This document shows positions 17,395 through 26,300 of a stretch of 44,757 nt of DNA, piece after piece. The DNA lies in the NCBI GenBank assembly GCA_018645085.1, contig JABGPG010000238.1, positions 11,699 to 56,455 on the forward strand, written 5' to 3'. Position numbers and translations under genes: made by a program. The notes below the pieces were generated by a model that saw only the letters and a program-made list of their open reading frames with translations, did no database searches and had not been told where the DNA came from. Positions within the stretch are counted from its first letter, which is position 1, and each line of letters opens with the position of its first letter. Origin of the DNA: Deltaproteobacteria bacterium. GTDB taxonomy: Bacteria > SAR324 > NAC60-12.

Positions 17395-18690
17395 ATGTCC
17401 AACTCTTCACAGACTTTCAGCAACTCACTTTTATCAGGACGCTGCCACGGACGCGTCCTCGAAGTTGTTTGCGGGAATGAGAAGTCGGAAGAGCCAACTT
17501 CCGAAAATCATAAAAACATTATTGTTTTAGTTAAAGACCAGTTGTATGCACTGAATTATCAAGGTGATACAGAACTCTCTGCAGGCTCTTTAATTTCATT
17601 TGAGCTTGGCGAAAATAGTGAAGTTGTAAAGCTGAAAACGGAAGGCCCCGCCGTCAATTTTGAGGCAGAAGGCGATTTACTGCGCTGGAGACGTCCGGCA
17701 ATTAATCCTTCTAGAATGAAACTTCTTCGGATTCGTCAGCAAATAATACATGGGATCAGGGAGTGGTTTGAACTGCAGGAATTTATTGAAACTGAAACTC
17801 CTTTACTGGTTTCCGCACCCAGTCCTGAGTCACAATTCTCACCCGTAAAAACTGATTCCGGATTTCTGATTACCTCTCCTGAGTTTCAGATGAAACGTTT
17901 GCTGGCAGGTGGTTTTGAAAAAATATACCAGCTCGCGCGTTGTTTCCGTAAAGCCGAAAGTGGTCCCCTGCACAATCCAGAATTTACCATGCTCGAATGG
18001 TATCGTAGCAATGAAGCACTGGAAGTTTTGATGTCGGATATTGAACAGCTGGTGCTGCATCTCAGCAAAACTATTACTGCGGAAAACTTTCCGGTGAAAA
18101 TTCCACTTCCGCCATGGCCACGTGTGACAGTCTGTTCTTTATTTAAAAAACATTTGAACATCATTTTGGACGGTTGCGAATCTGCCTCACAATTAAGGGA
18201 AAAAGCACAACTATCCGGACATGCGGAATTACTGGTTGATCTTGCAACAGAGCCAAACCTTACAGAATCACTGGCTTATGAACAAATATTTTTCCGGCTC
18301 TGGAATCATATCGAAGCGGAGTTTGCCGATTCTACTCCATTGTTTGTGTATGAATGGCCGTTACCGCTGGCAAGTCTAGCCCGGCCTTGTCCGCAACGTT
18401 CCGGGTTTGCTGAACGAGTTGAACTATATGTGGACGGTATGGAGTTGGCAAATGGATTTAGAGAATTGACAGATGCTGCCGAACAAAGACGACGCTTTGA
18501 ACAGGATTTGAAAAACAGGCTTTCTGAGGGACGCAGTTCTGTGCCCTTAGATGAAAAGTTTCTAAGATGTCTTGAGCAGGGTCTGCCTGAAAGTTCCGGA
18601 ATGGCAATGGGAGTTGACCGCTTGGTCATGTGGCTTTGCGGTGCAAAGCAGATTCGTGAAGTGCTGTGCTTTACTGAAGATGAAATATAA
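17395..18690 (+). CDS. epmA: EF-P lysine aminoacylase EpmA (GenX/PoxA) with N-terminal extension
   Basis: TSPEFQMKRLLAGG, HNPEFTMLEWY, ELANGF and GMAMGVDRL. Directly after efp. ATG at 17395 preferred over TTG at 17374. Confidence 0.88.
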   Translation: MSNSSQTFSNSLLSGRCHGRVLEVVCGNEKSEEPTSENHKNIIVLVKDQLYALNYQGDTELSAGSLISFELGENSEVVKLKTEGPAVNFEAEGDLLRWRRPAINPSRMKLLRIRQQIIHGIREWFELQEFIETETPLLVSAPSPESQFSPVKTDSGFLITSPEFQMKRLLAGGFEKIYQLARCFRKAESGPLHNPEFTMLEWYRSNEALEVLMSDIEQLVLHLSKTITAENFPVKIPLPPWPRVTVCSLFKKHLNIILDGCESASQLREKAQLSGHAELLVDLATEPNLTESLAYEQIFFRLWNHIEAEFADSTPLFVYEWPLPLASLARPCPQRSGFAERVELYVDGMELANGFRELTDAAEQRRRFEQDLKNRLSEGRSSVPLDEKFLRCLEQGLPESSGMAMGVDRLVMWLCGAKQIREVLCFTEDEI

Positions 18691-18757
18691 GTATAAGAGC
18701 TAATATGCTATTCCGCTTTTGCTTAAAGAAAAAAAGAATCCGTAAACAGGTCAATCA

Positions 18758-19075
18758 ATGGAACGCAGCATCATTCACATGATCCTCCACTTTTTGGTAC
18801 CTTTCATGGTTGCCAAAACTGCTTGGAAAGAAAACTGGTTACGCCCCTTTTTGATCATGGTGTTAACAATGGCAGTAGATTTGGATCACCTGCTGGCAGA
18901 CCCAATCTTCGATCCTAACCGTTGCGGTCTTGGTTTTCATCCTCTTCACAGTTGGCTGGCTATTGCAGTTTACTTCGCTCTTTTGTTTAGTCCACGTTTC
19001 CGGATTCCAGCTTTAGGTCTGCTGATTCACATGTTTTTGGACGGCACAGATTGTTTGTGGATGCTCTGGATGTGA
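18758..19075 (+). CDS. Small His-rich membrane protein (DUF6122-like)
   Basis: HFLVP, VDLDHLLADPIFDPNRC..GFHPLHS and HMFLD motifs. Hydrophobic. Confidence 0.7.
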   Translation: MERSIIHMILHFLVPFMVAKTAWKENWLRPFLIMVLTMAVDLDHLLADPIFDPNRCGLGFHPLHSWLAIAVYFALLFSPRFRIPALGLLIHMFLDGTDCLWMLWM

Positions 19076-19146
19076 GCTTATTCTTCCTTTATAAAAGCTC
19101 CTGTACAAAATAATTTGAAAAAATCAACCTTTTTTTAAAAAAAAGC

Positions 19147-19175
19147 TTGACAAGCTACTAGCACTCTTGTAAAGT
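19147..19175 (+). promoter_or_regulatory. Sigma70 promoter
   Basis: TTGACA (19147-19152), 17-nt spacer, TAAAGT (19170-19175). Confidence 0.75.
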
Positions 19176-19184
19176 GAGTGCTAA
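19158..19184. promoter_or_regulatory. CIRCE element (HrcA operator)
   Basis: CTAGCACTC-N9-GAGTGCTAA, one mismatch from the consensus TTAGCACTC-N9-GAGTGCTAA, overlapping the -10 box. Confidence 0.92.
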
Positions 19185-19313
19185 CAAATCATGAATTCAT
19201 GCTTCGGGTAGTCCAGCAGAGGGCGGAACGGTTTTTAGATTCGTCTGACAACTCAACGATTCAGGGCATTCGAAATTTAATTATCAACAACTTTTAATTA
19301 TTAAGAGGAAAAT

Positions 19314-19535
19314 ATGGCTAGAATGGCTAAAAAAGTAAAAGAAATTTCACACGAAGAAATCAGTGATGCAATGTCCCGCTTTCTTAACAAAGGTGGCGTG
19401 ATCAACAAGATCGAATACAATGACAACGGTTTTTTGTTGGGCAATGATCTTGCGTTAGATGATTCCTATACAGAAGCATCTGATACAGTCATGAGTCAGT
19501 TGCACATGGACTTTGAGCCGGAAACCCGGATCTGA
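19314..19535 (+). CDS. Small protein with SutA-like RNA-polymerase-binding motif
   Basis: RBS AAGAGG. DAMSRFLNKGGVINKI resembles the SutA core AMEEFLSRGGKVQEI. Acidic C-terminal half. Confidence 0.6.
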   Translation: MARMAKKVKEISHEEISDAMSRFLNKGGVINKIEYNDNGFLLGNDLALDDSYTEASDTVMSQLHMDFEPETRI

Positions 19536-19562
19536 AGCACTGCTTCTCAGCAAGTCTTAAAA

Positions 19563-19597
19563 TTTCGGGCGGATACTTCAAAATATCTGCCCCGAAA
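19563..19597 (+). terminator. GC-rich hairpin after the SutA-like gene (possible terminator between convergent genes)
   Basis: TTTCGGGCGGATA...TATCTGCCCCGAAA imperfect inverted repeat. The U-tract is imperfect. Confidence 0.5.
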
Positions 19598-19733
19598 CCT
19601 CCCTTTATTTTCTACCTCTCATTTATCTTTCCAGCAATTCTTTACAAAAGATCTTCTCTTGCGTATAGTCTTGTGGAGGATGCTCAAGAATTACAGTGCT
19701 TTTATTTAACAAGTGGATTTGCAGGCATTCAGG

Positions 19734-20144
19734 CTAAGCAGCTAAATCTTTGAAGGAATTCAAAATTTTACCTACATTGGCACGAACGGAAGGAACATCA
19801 AGGTTGTCATCATCGAAATACGGATGATCGTCTGCGACACCAATACGCTTCATAATTTTTTTAATAATAACACGTTCCTCGTCTTCAAACACACCGTCTG
19901 ATGCTGCGACTAAAGCCATTAGTTCAACAAGTGCGTGCTTTGCTTCTGTGGATTCAATGTGTTTTAACATCTCTTCCAGAGAAGTATTTGCCTTCATTTG
20001 CTCTTGTTCTTCCGGAGTAATTGCAGCAGCCTTGAAGGTAGCAATCAGAACTTTCTTTTCGGCAACGTGCATTTCTCTTTCAGCATGTGCTAAAAAGTTC
20101 ACTACAGTTAAGATATTAACAAGTTCGTCGCGACTGATAGCCAT
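19734..20144 (-). CDS. TerB/DjlA-N-like domain protein
   Basis: Two-repeat helical pattern LAHAEREMHVAE ... VAASDGVFEDEE. Confidence 0.7.
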   Translation of the reverse strand: MAISRDELVNILTVVNFLAHAEREMHVAEKKVLIATFKAAAITPEEQEQMKANTSLEEMLKHIESTEAKHALVELMALVAASDGVFEDEERVIIKKIMKRIGVADDHPYFDDDNLDVPSVRANVGKILNSFKDLAA

Positions 20145-20274
20145 TATAATCCTGTCGAATTATTCAAAATATTTGGAAAAAACTGTTACGATTAAAATTT
20201 AGCTAATTATGTATAACCAAATTCGCAGAGAACGTAAAGAGATATTTTTCAGCTCTCCGAGTCAGGAAGCTTAA

Positions 20275-20691
20275 ATGGCTCATGATTCTCGCTATCACCC
20301 TGAATGGGAAACGGTTTCACGTTATGTAAGAGAGTTGTTTAACTACCACTGCGCGAGGTGCGATAAAGATTGTAGAAAAACTAAAAATGCTCAAATGGTT
20401 TTGCAAGTTCACCATATTGATGAAAATCCGGCAAATAACGCACTCGAAAATCTTATTCCGCTTTGTGCCAGTTGTCATCTTAAAATAGAAGGTGAGGCAC
20501 GTTTACATGCACCTTACCGTGAACAACAGTTAGAATTGTTTGAAGATCATACCTACATGAGCAGGATGAAGGAAATGCGTGAGAATGCGTTAGCAAAATT
20601 CGGATCAGCAGTTAAGCCGGGAGTTTCCGTACTAGACGCAGAAACATATGAAACAAATGCTATTGAGTGGGAAATTAACGAGCCTTCTTAG
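20275..20691 (+). CDS. HNH endonuclease domain protein
   Basis: CARC...LQVHHIDENPANNALENLIPLCASCH zinc-finger HNH. Confidence 0.8.
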   Translation: MAHDSRYHPEWETVSRYVRELFNYHCARCDKDCRKTKNAQMVLQVHHIDENPANNALENLIPLCASCHLKIEGEARLHAPYREQQLELFEDHTYMSRMKEMRENALAKFGSAVKPGVSVLDAETYETNAIEWEINEPS

Positions 20692-20739
20692 TTTTGCTAA
20701 GCAAGATCCACCCAACTTTCATTTCATAGGCTGTAAATA

Positions 20740-21840
20740 TTAACGTCTTCTCCGTCCAAAACCTCCAAAGCCAAATCCCCTGCTGCGGCGTCTTCCGCCA
20801 AAACTGAATTTTTTCCTTGGTACAACTCTACGTTTTGAAACAGCGGGTTTTCTCTGTGATGTGCTACTGCCAAAACCTCCTCCGGCAGTTTTACGGTTGG
20901 TGGAGCGGAATTTTGTGCTCTTGATATTATTCAGGGATTTCTTTGAAGTTGAACGGAACTTGTTTGACGAGACACTTCTACCGCCGGCTGTCTTTGCGGA
21001 AGAAGATGAGGGCGTGGCCTTTTTCATTTTTGAAGTGGACGCTCCTCTGCGGTTTTGAATAGAACTAACTGACCTTGCTCCACCGTAACCGTAACCATAA
21101 CCTAATCCACCTCCCCAGATATATGGTGGTCTAAAGAGCATTGACATCATCATTGATGTCATTAAAAGATTCGTCATGCTGTAACCGGTACCATAATATG
21201 GAGCGTATGGAGCTCCGGCTGACTGGTACATCTGCGGATTAGGAGTAGACTGCAACTTCATCTCATCACCCGTACCACGTACAACGGAGGCAGTCATGAT
21301 TTCGATAGATTTATTTTCAGCAATATCTTTCCAGGCAGCTTGATCTGAGCCTGACGGCAATGTGCTAACTTGATCGGGATCCGGAACCAAAATTGAAAAT
21401 AACAGAAAATCCGCATCGCCTTTTTCGGTTTGAGGTACTATCAAAACATGATCCGCCATTCCATCCTGATTCAAATCGATTGTACTTATATCACGCACTT
21501 TGTTTGATATTTTGTTGACCAGAGTCGGTAGAAAATCTTTGTCAGAAACCTGAGCCTGTGACGTTTCTCTTAACGCTTCAGAGGTGATTGCAGGGATTAA
21601 TTTTGGATCCAGATGTTCCGTTAGATCAATGCCAAGTTTTTCGATAGCTTCCGCGTTAAGTTGATTGCTGACTCCAATTGGAATATTTTGGGAAGAATAA
21701 TTGTAGCGTGCGGATTCCTGACTTTTATCTTCTCCAAAAAATACCCAGTAAAATCCTAAGAACAGAATTGCGATGAGGATACCCTGCGTAGAAAACAATT
21801 TTTCTAAACCGTTAGGAGGTTCATTATCTTTGTTGGCCAT
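20740..21840 (-). CDS. Hypothetical membrane-anchored protein with DxNxDG loop and Ser/Arg/Gly-rich basic tail
   Basis: N-terminal TM helix, DLNQDGMAD, and a low-complexity C-terminus ending GGFGRRRR. 366-aa ORF. Confidence 0.75.
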   Translation of the reverse strand: MANKDNEPPNGLEKLFSTQGILIAILFLGFYWVFFGEDKSQESARYNYSSQNIPIGVSNQLNAEAIEKLGIDLTEHLDPKLIPAITSEALRETSQAQVSDKDFLPTLVNKISNKVRDISTIDLNQDGMADHVLIVPQTEKGDADFLLFSILVPDPDQVSTLPSGSDQAAWKDIAENKSIEIMTASVVRGTGDEMKLQSTPNPQMYQSAGAPYAPYYGTGYSMTNLLMTSMMMSMLFRPPYIWGGGLGYGYGYGGARSVSSIQNRRGASTSKMKKATPSSSSAKTAGGRSVSSNKFRSTSKKSLNNIKSTKFRSTNRKTAGGGFGSSTSQRKPAVSKRRVVPRKKFSFGGRRRSRGFGFGGFGRRRR

Positions 21841-21950
21841 AATTCGTGATTTAAGTTTATTTTAATTCAGTAATATTTTAATTATTTTAAGCTATTGAAA
21901 CTTTACTGCAGTACGCTGAAGGCGCAAGTTAAAACGAAGGTTCGAACAGC

Positions 21951-22883
21951 TCAGTCTGTGGGTGAGTCCATAAAATCTTTTTTCACAGACATGTCATGAG
22001 TACTTATTTTGAGATAACAATAACTGACCCATTGCGTGAAAAAAGTGTTCCGATGTGAACGCCAGCGGTTGAGTGGCTCCATAAAATCAAAATTTACGGG
22101 CGGTGGTACGTCCGGATTACCGTGGTCTCGCTTTGCTTCATCCGCCAGTCTGGTAGCGTTGTATTCTGGATGCCCCGTATGCGCAATGAAACGGTCATCT
22201 GAGGTTGAAAAAATAGAATAGCCGGCTTCCTTCCCGTATGCCAGTAATTTCAGTCGACCGTCGTTTGCCGCCTCTTCCATGGCCTCATCCGGAATCCCAG
22301 CATGACGACTTTGCGGACAGAAAAAGACATCGTCCAGTTCTCCAACAATTGGATGAGCAGGGGCAAGATTTTTCAATTCAAAAACCCCAAACAGTTTTTG
22401 ATCATAGTTAAATTTGTTTACACCTTCTAAATAAGCCATCACAAATCCCGCCCAGCAGAGTCCAAGTGTGCTGGGAATTGTTTGACGTGCATCCTTCAGG
22501 ATTGCGCTGATTTCGTTCCAGTAATGTACATCTTCAAAACGGACAGTCTCAACCGGCGCACCTGTGAGAATTAAGCCATCAAGCGGTTGATCCCGATTTG
22601 CTTCCTCGTAAGTAACATAAATGTCATCCACATGCCGTGGTTCCCATGTTTTGTAGTTATGGGATTCAAGACGAATCCAAACTGGTTCCAACTGCAAAAC
22701 CGAAAGTCCGAGAGGATGGAGAATATTAAATTCGTATTTTTCTCCAAGCGGCATAATATTGAGAATACCTATGCGCAAAGGACGAATATCCTGACGTTCC
22801 GCCTGTGAAGGAGGAATCCAGCGGATACCATTTTTTTCCAGGATTGGAACTGCGTGATAATCAGGACTAACAATGAGTGTCAT
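21951..22883 (-). CDS. metA: Homoserine O-acyltransferase MetA family, probably acetyl-specific (MetAA)
   Basis: RQDIRPLRIGILN, LCWA catalytic Cys, PQSRH, GHPEY. TGAPVE has Glu at the specificity position, indicating acetyl-CoA use. Confidence 0.92.
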   Translation of the reverse strand: MTLIVSPDYHAVPILEKNGIRWIPPSQAERQDIRPLRIGILNIMPLGEKYEFNILHPLGLSVLQLEPVWIRLESHNYKTWEPRHVDDIYVTYEEANRDQPLDGLILTGAPVETVRFEDVHYWNEISAILKDARQTIPSTLGLCWAGFVMAYLEGVNKFNYDQKLFGVFELKNLAPAHPIVGELDDVFFCPQSRHAGIPDEAMEEAANDGRLKLLAYGKEAGYSIFSTSDDRFIAHTGHPEYNATRLADEAKRDHGNPDVPPPVNFDFMEPLNRWRSHRNTFFTQWVSYCYLKISTHDMSVKKDFMDSPTD

Positions 22884-23170
22884 AACTTTCTTTCTAAAAA
22901 ATAAAAGCGAACGGCATGAATTTGCTGTGTCTCAAAGCATGGCTAATTACGCATGCTCAAACTTGAATATCTTTTTCTTGAAAAAGTCATTTGCGGAAAA
23001 AACAAATACGCAACTAACAGTATTATTCAAATCAAAAAGACATGCCGAGACTCTCCACAGACGGAAAACAATATCCCTGCGGATTATACTTCAGACAGCT
23101 AAACAGGATAGACGAGAATCAATCAGGTGGGCCACTAAAAGAGGCGGACCAGCACTTTACTCGAATCGAG

Positions 23171-23283
23171 TCGTATCGACTCCCTTCCGGAAATTCCGGA
23201 GGGGCTGGCATTAGCACCTTGATGCGGAAAAAGGATGCTCGACACTTCAAAGGGCCAGATCCCTCAGTGTCATCTGGATACAA
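23171..23283 (-). ncRNA. SAM-I clan riboswitch upstream of metA
   Basis: Minus strand reads UUGUAUC-CAGAU-GACACU-GAGGGAUCUGGCCCUUUGAA-GUGUC-GAGCAUCCUU...AAGGUGCU-AAUGCCAG-CCCCUCCGGAAUUUCCGGAAGGG-AGUC-GAUACGA. This gives P1-P4, a kink-turn and a CUGG/CCAG pseudoknot. Confidence 0.85.
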
Positions 23284-23355
23284 AGTTTTATCTAAATTAT
23301 CACAATCAATGTCATAGTCAATCTTTTTTAATCACTTAATATGAATGTAGTGATA

Positions 23356-26300
23356 TCAAATTTCAGAGGGACTCATCAGTGCCTGTTTGAGGGATTCCTC
23401 AAAGTCTGATTTAAGCAGTTTTTCATGATCGTCAGCAGTAATGTAAAAGGTGTCGATAACTTGATGGCCGATGGTTGTAATGACGGCCTGCTGAATCGGC
23501 ACTCCCGCACGATCAAACGCACTGACTATTTTGTAATAAACCAAGGGCGCGTCTTCGGCAGTTATTTTAATACGCAGATAATTTTTATCACGTCTCGGAA
23601 ATTCAGTTTTATCACGTGAATCGCCTTTCCAAACCGGAAAATCTGCTGAAGAAACATTATTGGTTTCTTTGACCATGTAGCCTTTTTTGTCATCTTTGAG
23701 GTACTCCAGCTGAAATTTTGTGTAGTAGAGAAAAGTCTGAGGCTTTATTTTCAGTGCAGGCGGAGTATTTCTTCTGATGGAAGTTTCCACCTCCAGGGGA
23801 AAAATAACATTGTCCTCTTCCCTTTTTGAGACTTTCAAATAATAGCAAAAAGCAACGTGACCGCTCGCAAAATTTATTTGGTTGATCTTTGCCGATTCAA
23901 TGTTAAGGTGCTTCAGGTTCAAAGTGTAAGCAATTCTACTGTGAATTTGAGGCAGGTCATGCACATAAATCAGCAGAGCATTAAGTCGACCTCTTGCATT
24001 GGTGATGACATTTACAATTGCGGGACGTTCCAGTTTGTTGAAAATAGTAAGATTCTCCGCAATCATTCCCGGAGAAGAACTGAGCAGAAAACGATTTGGA
24101 AATGAAGCAAAAAACCAGTTGATTAAAGGACTGTAAAGCTCAGTCAGTTCGACCAAAGTTTTATTGCTGAGAGCTTGCCGAATTTTACGGATAAATTTCT
24201 CTGTAGTCTGGTCAGTACCATGTTTGTCAAGTGAACCAAGTTTAAGGTCACGCCAGAGGACTTGTAATTCATCTTCTGAATTTTCAAGCAGTTTTCTTTC
24301 TTTTTTATTAATCTGTTCCAATGGTTTGAGCAAAACAGAATCCAGGTTTTCGCGGAGACTTCTGTTAATCAGCAAATCAATACGTGTGTCGGATTCCAGA
24401 TCATTCTTTTTATTTTCCAGATATGAGAGGATAAAATCCATGGAATCCTCCTGCTTCTGAGAGGATCGCATTTCGGCAAAAACGCGGTATGTCTCCTCAA
24501 AAAATGTTCGTAATCCTCGTGTTGAATGAGCGTTGCTTTCACTCACAGAAATGTAATCGGAGATATTGCAGAGAAAAAGCAAAATTACATTGATCAGGTT
24601 GCGGTCTGCAATTTCGAAAAAACTTTGCAGTGCCTGATCAAAATAGGCTGAAGTTCTGCTGAGCTGCACGACTGTCGTGTGATGTACAATAAGCAAAGAT
24701 ACCAGCGTGAATAATTCCGGATCATCATAACCGATACGCTCCAGAGCCTTGACTGCAATCGAAGTTCCTGAAACTTCATGATCCGTCTGCGGATCGATTT
24801 TTCCGACATCGTGGAACAGGATGCCCCACTTGAGCGCTAAGATATGTTTTGGTTCAAGGTATTGATATAATTCCTGGTAATCTTTTTTTAACCGATCCAG
24901 TTCTTTTTGTGTACGATCCAGGGCATTCAGTGTATGAGTGCAAACCGGATGTTGATGGTAAGCCAGGTTACGTAGTAAAAAACGCATCTTATTAGTTTCC
25001 GGAATAAAACAACCCATCAGAGTCCGCGGTTCATTTTCCGCATTAATCGGTTCACAAATATCGAACATGATTCGCCAGGCACTTGCCGCAAATGGAGTCA
25101 GCATGAGTTTTGTAAAACGTTCTGCAATCTGCGTACGGTGAGTATCAATCACATCCGGAGTGATGATTCTGATCAGATCCGCCATTTCGTCCTTGAGGTC
25201 AAAAGACAAATCATATTCGGACTGTCCCACATATTCAAAGAGCTCAAGCAAAGCAGTGGGGTCGTTGAAGATCAGCGAAATTGGCACCTGCGGTAAACCT
25301 TCAAGCGCATTTACCTCAACAATTTGACGCTTACCCAGATGGACTACAACCTGGAAATTAGAGAAAGTCCTCACTATGGTGCGGTCCAGCAGGCGTTGTA
25401 AAATTGCCTGTGAAAGATATTGGATATAATTCACCATCTGCAGACGATAGCGGTCAAAAACGTCTATACTCTGGAAACGTTTTTTCTTGAGCAGGTAAAG
25501 CCGTTCTGTTGCGTCATTGATGATATTAATCTGGATGTCTTTTTCTGAAAGACCTCTTTCACGCGCTTCATCATCAAAATGAAACTTCACTGCAGTTGCG
25601 GAAAAGTTACGTAAGTCATACAAAAATTCCAGTGCCTGACAAAGTTTAAAACCTTGTCTCGGTGAAATTATACGTTTTTGAATCAGCAGGGCGAGCATAT
25701 CTGCAGTTTGATTTGGAAACACACCAAAAGTCGCCGCCGCCAGCCAAAGCGGAATTTGCAGAGAGCGTAAACCACCTTGATCTTCCTTGAGATTCATCTG
25801 GCTCAGTCCGGGGACTGCACGATCATGATAATCTCGTATCTGGCTCAGCACGAAGGTTTCATAAGGCAGGATTTGAAAGAATCTGCGTTTCAGGGCATTC
25901 GCTAAATTATTACTGCCCAGCAGAACTCTGCTTTCCAGAATGGCAGGAATGGTATGGATAGCGGCGGGATCCTTAAAACGTGATAAATCCTCGTCTAATT
26001 CAAAGTATTGGTGAGCAGTTTCAATACCTGCGATCCGGAGTAAATGCTCAATATGTATGATGAACTGTCGGCAAATCTCTGCTTCTCCGGAACTTAGCTG
26101 CTGTGTATCAAGACAATAGCCAAGATCTCTGTCTGAGGCGAAACTGAGTTCCGCACGTCCGTATCCTCCTCTGGCAAAGATCACTAGATGATTGAGCAAA
26201 AAATCACGTTTGAATTCAGCTTGCTCAGCAAGCGGCATGTGTTCTTTTAGGTACTTCAGCCGCTCATTGAGTTCTGCTGTCTCTTGAGTCAAATCTGCTT

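Noticed and set aside
20275-20691. HNH gene as a homing or mobile element
   Set aside because: No intron context, terminal repeats, integrase or transposase nearby.
22873-23317. Plus-strand ORFs of 113 and 91 aa upstream of metA
   Set aside because: They are antisense to the SAM riboswitch leader and have no protein motifs.
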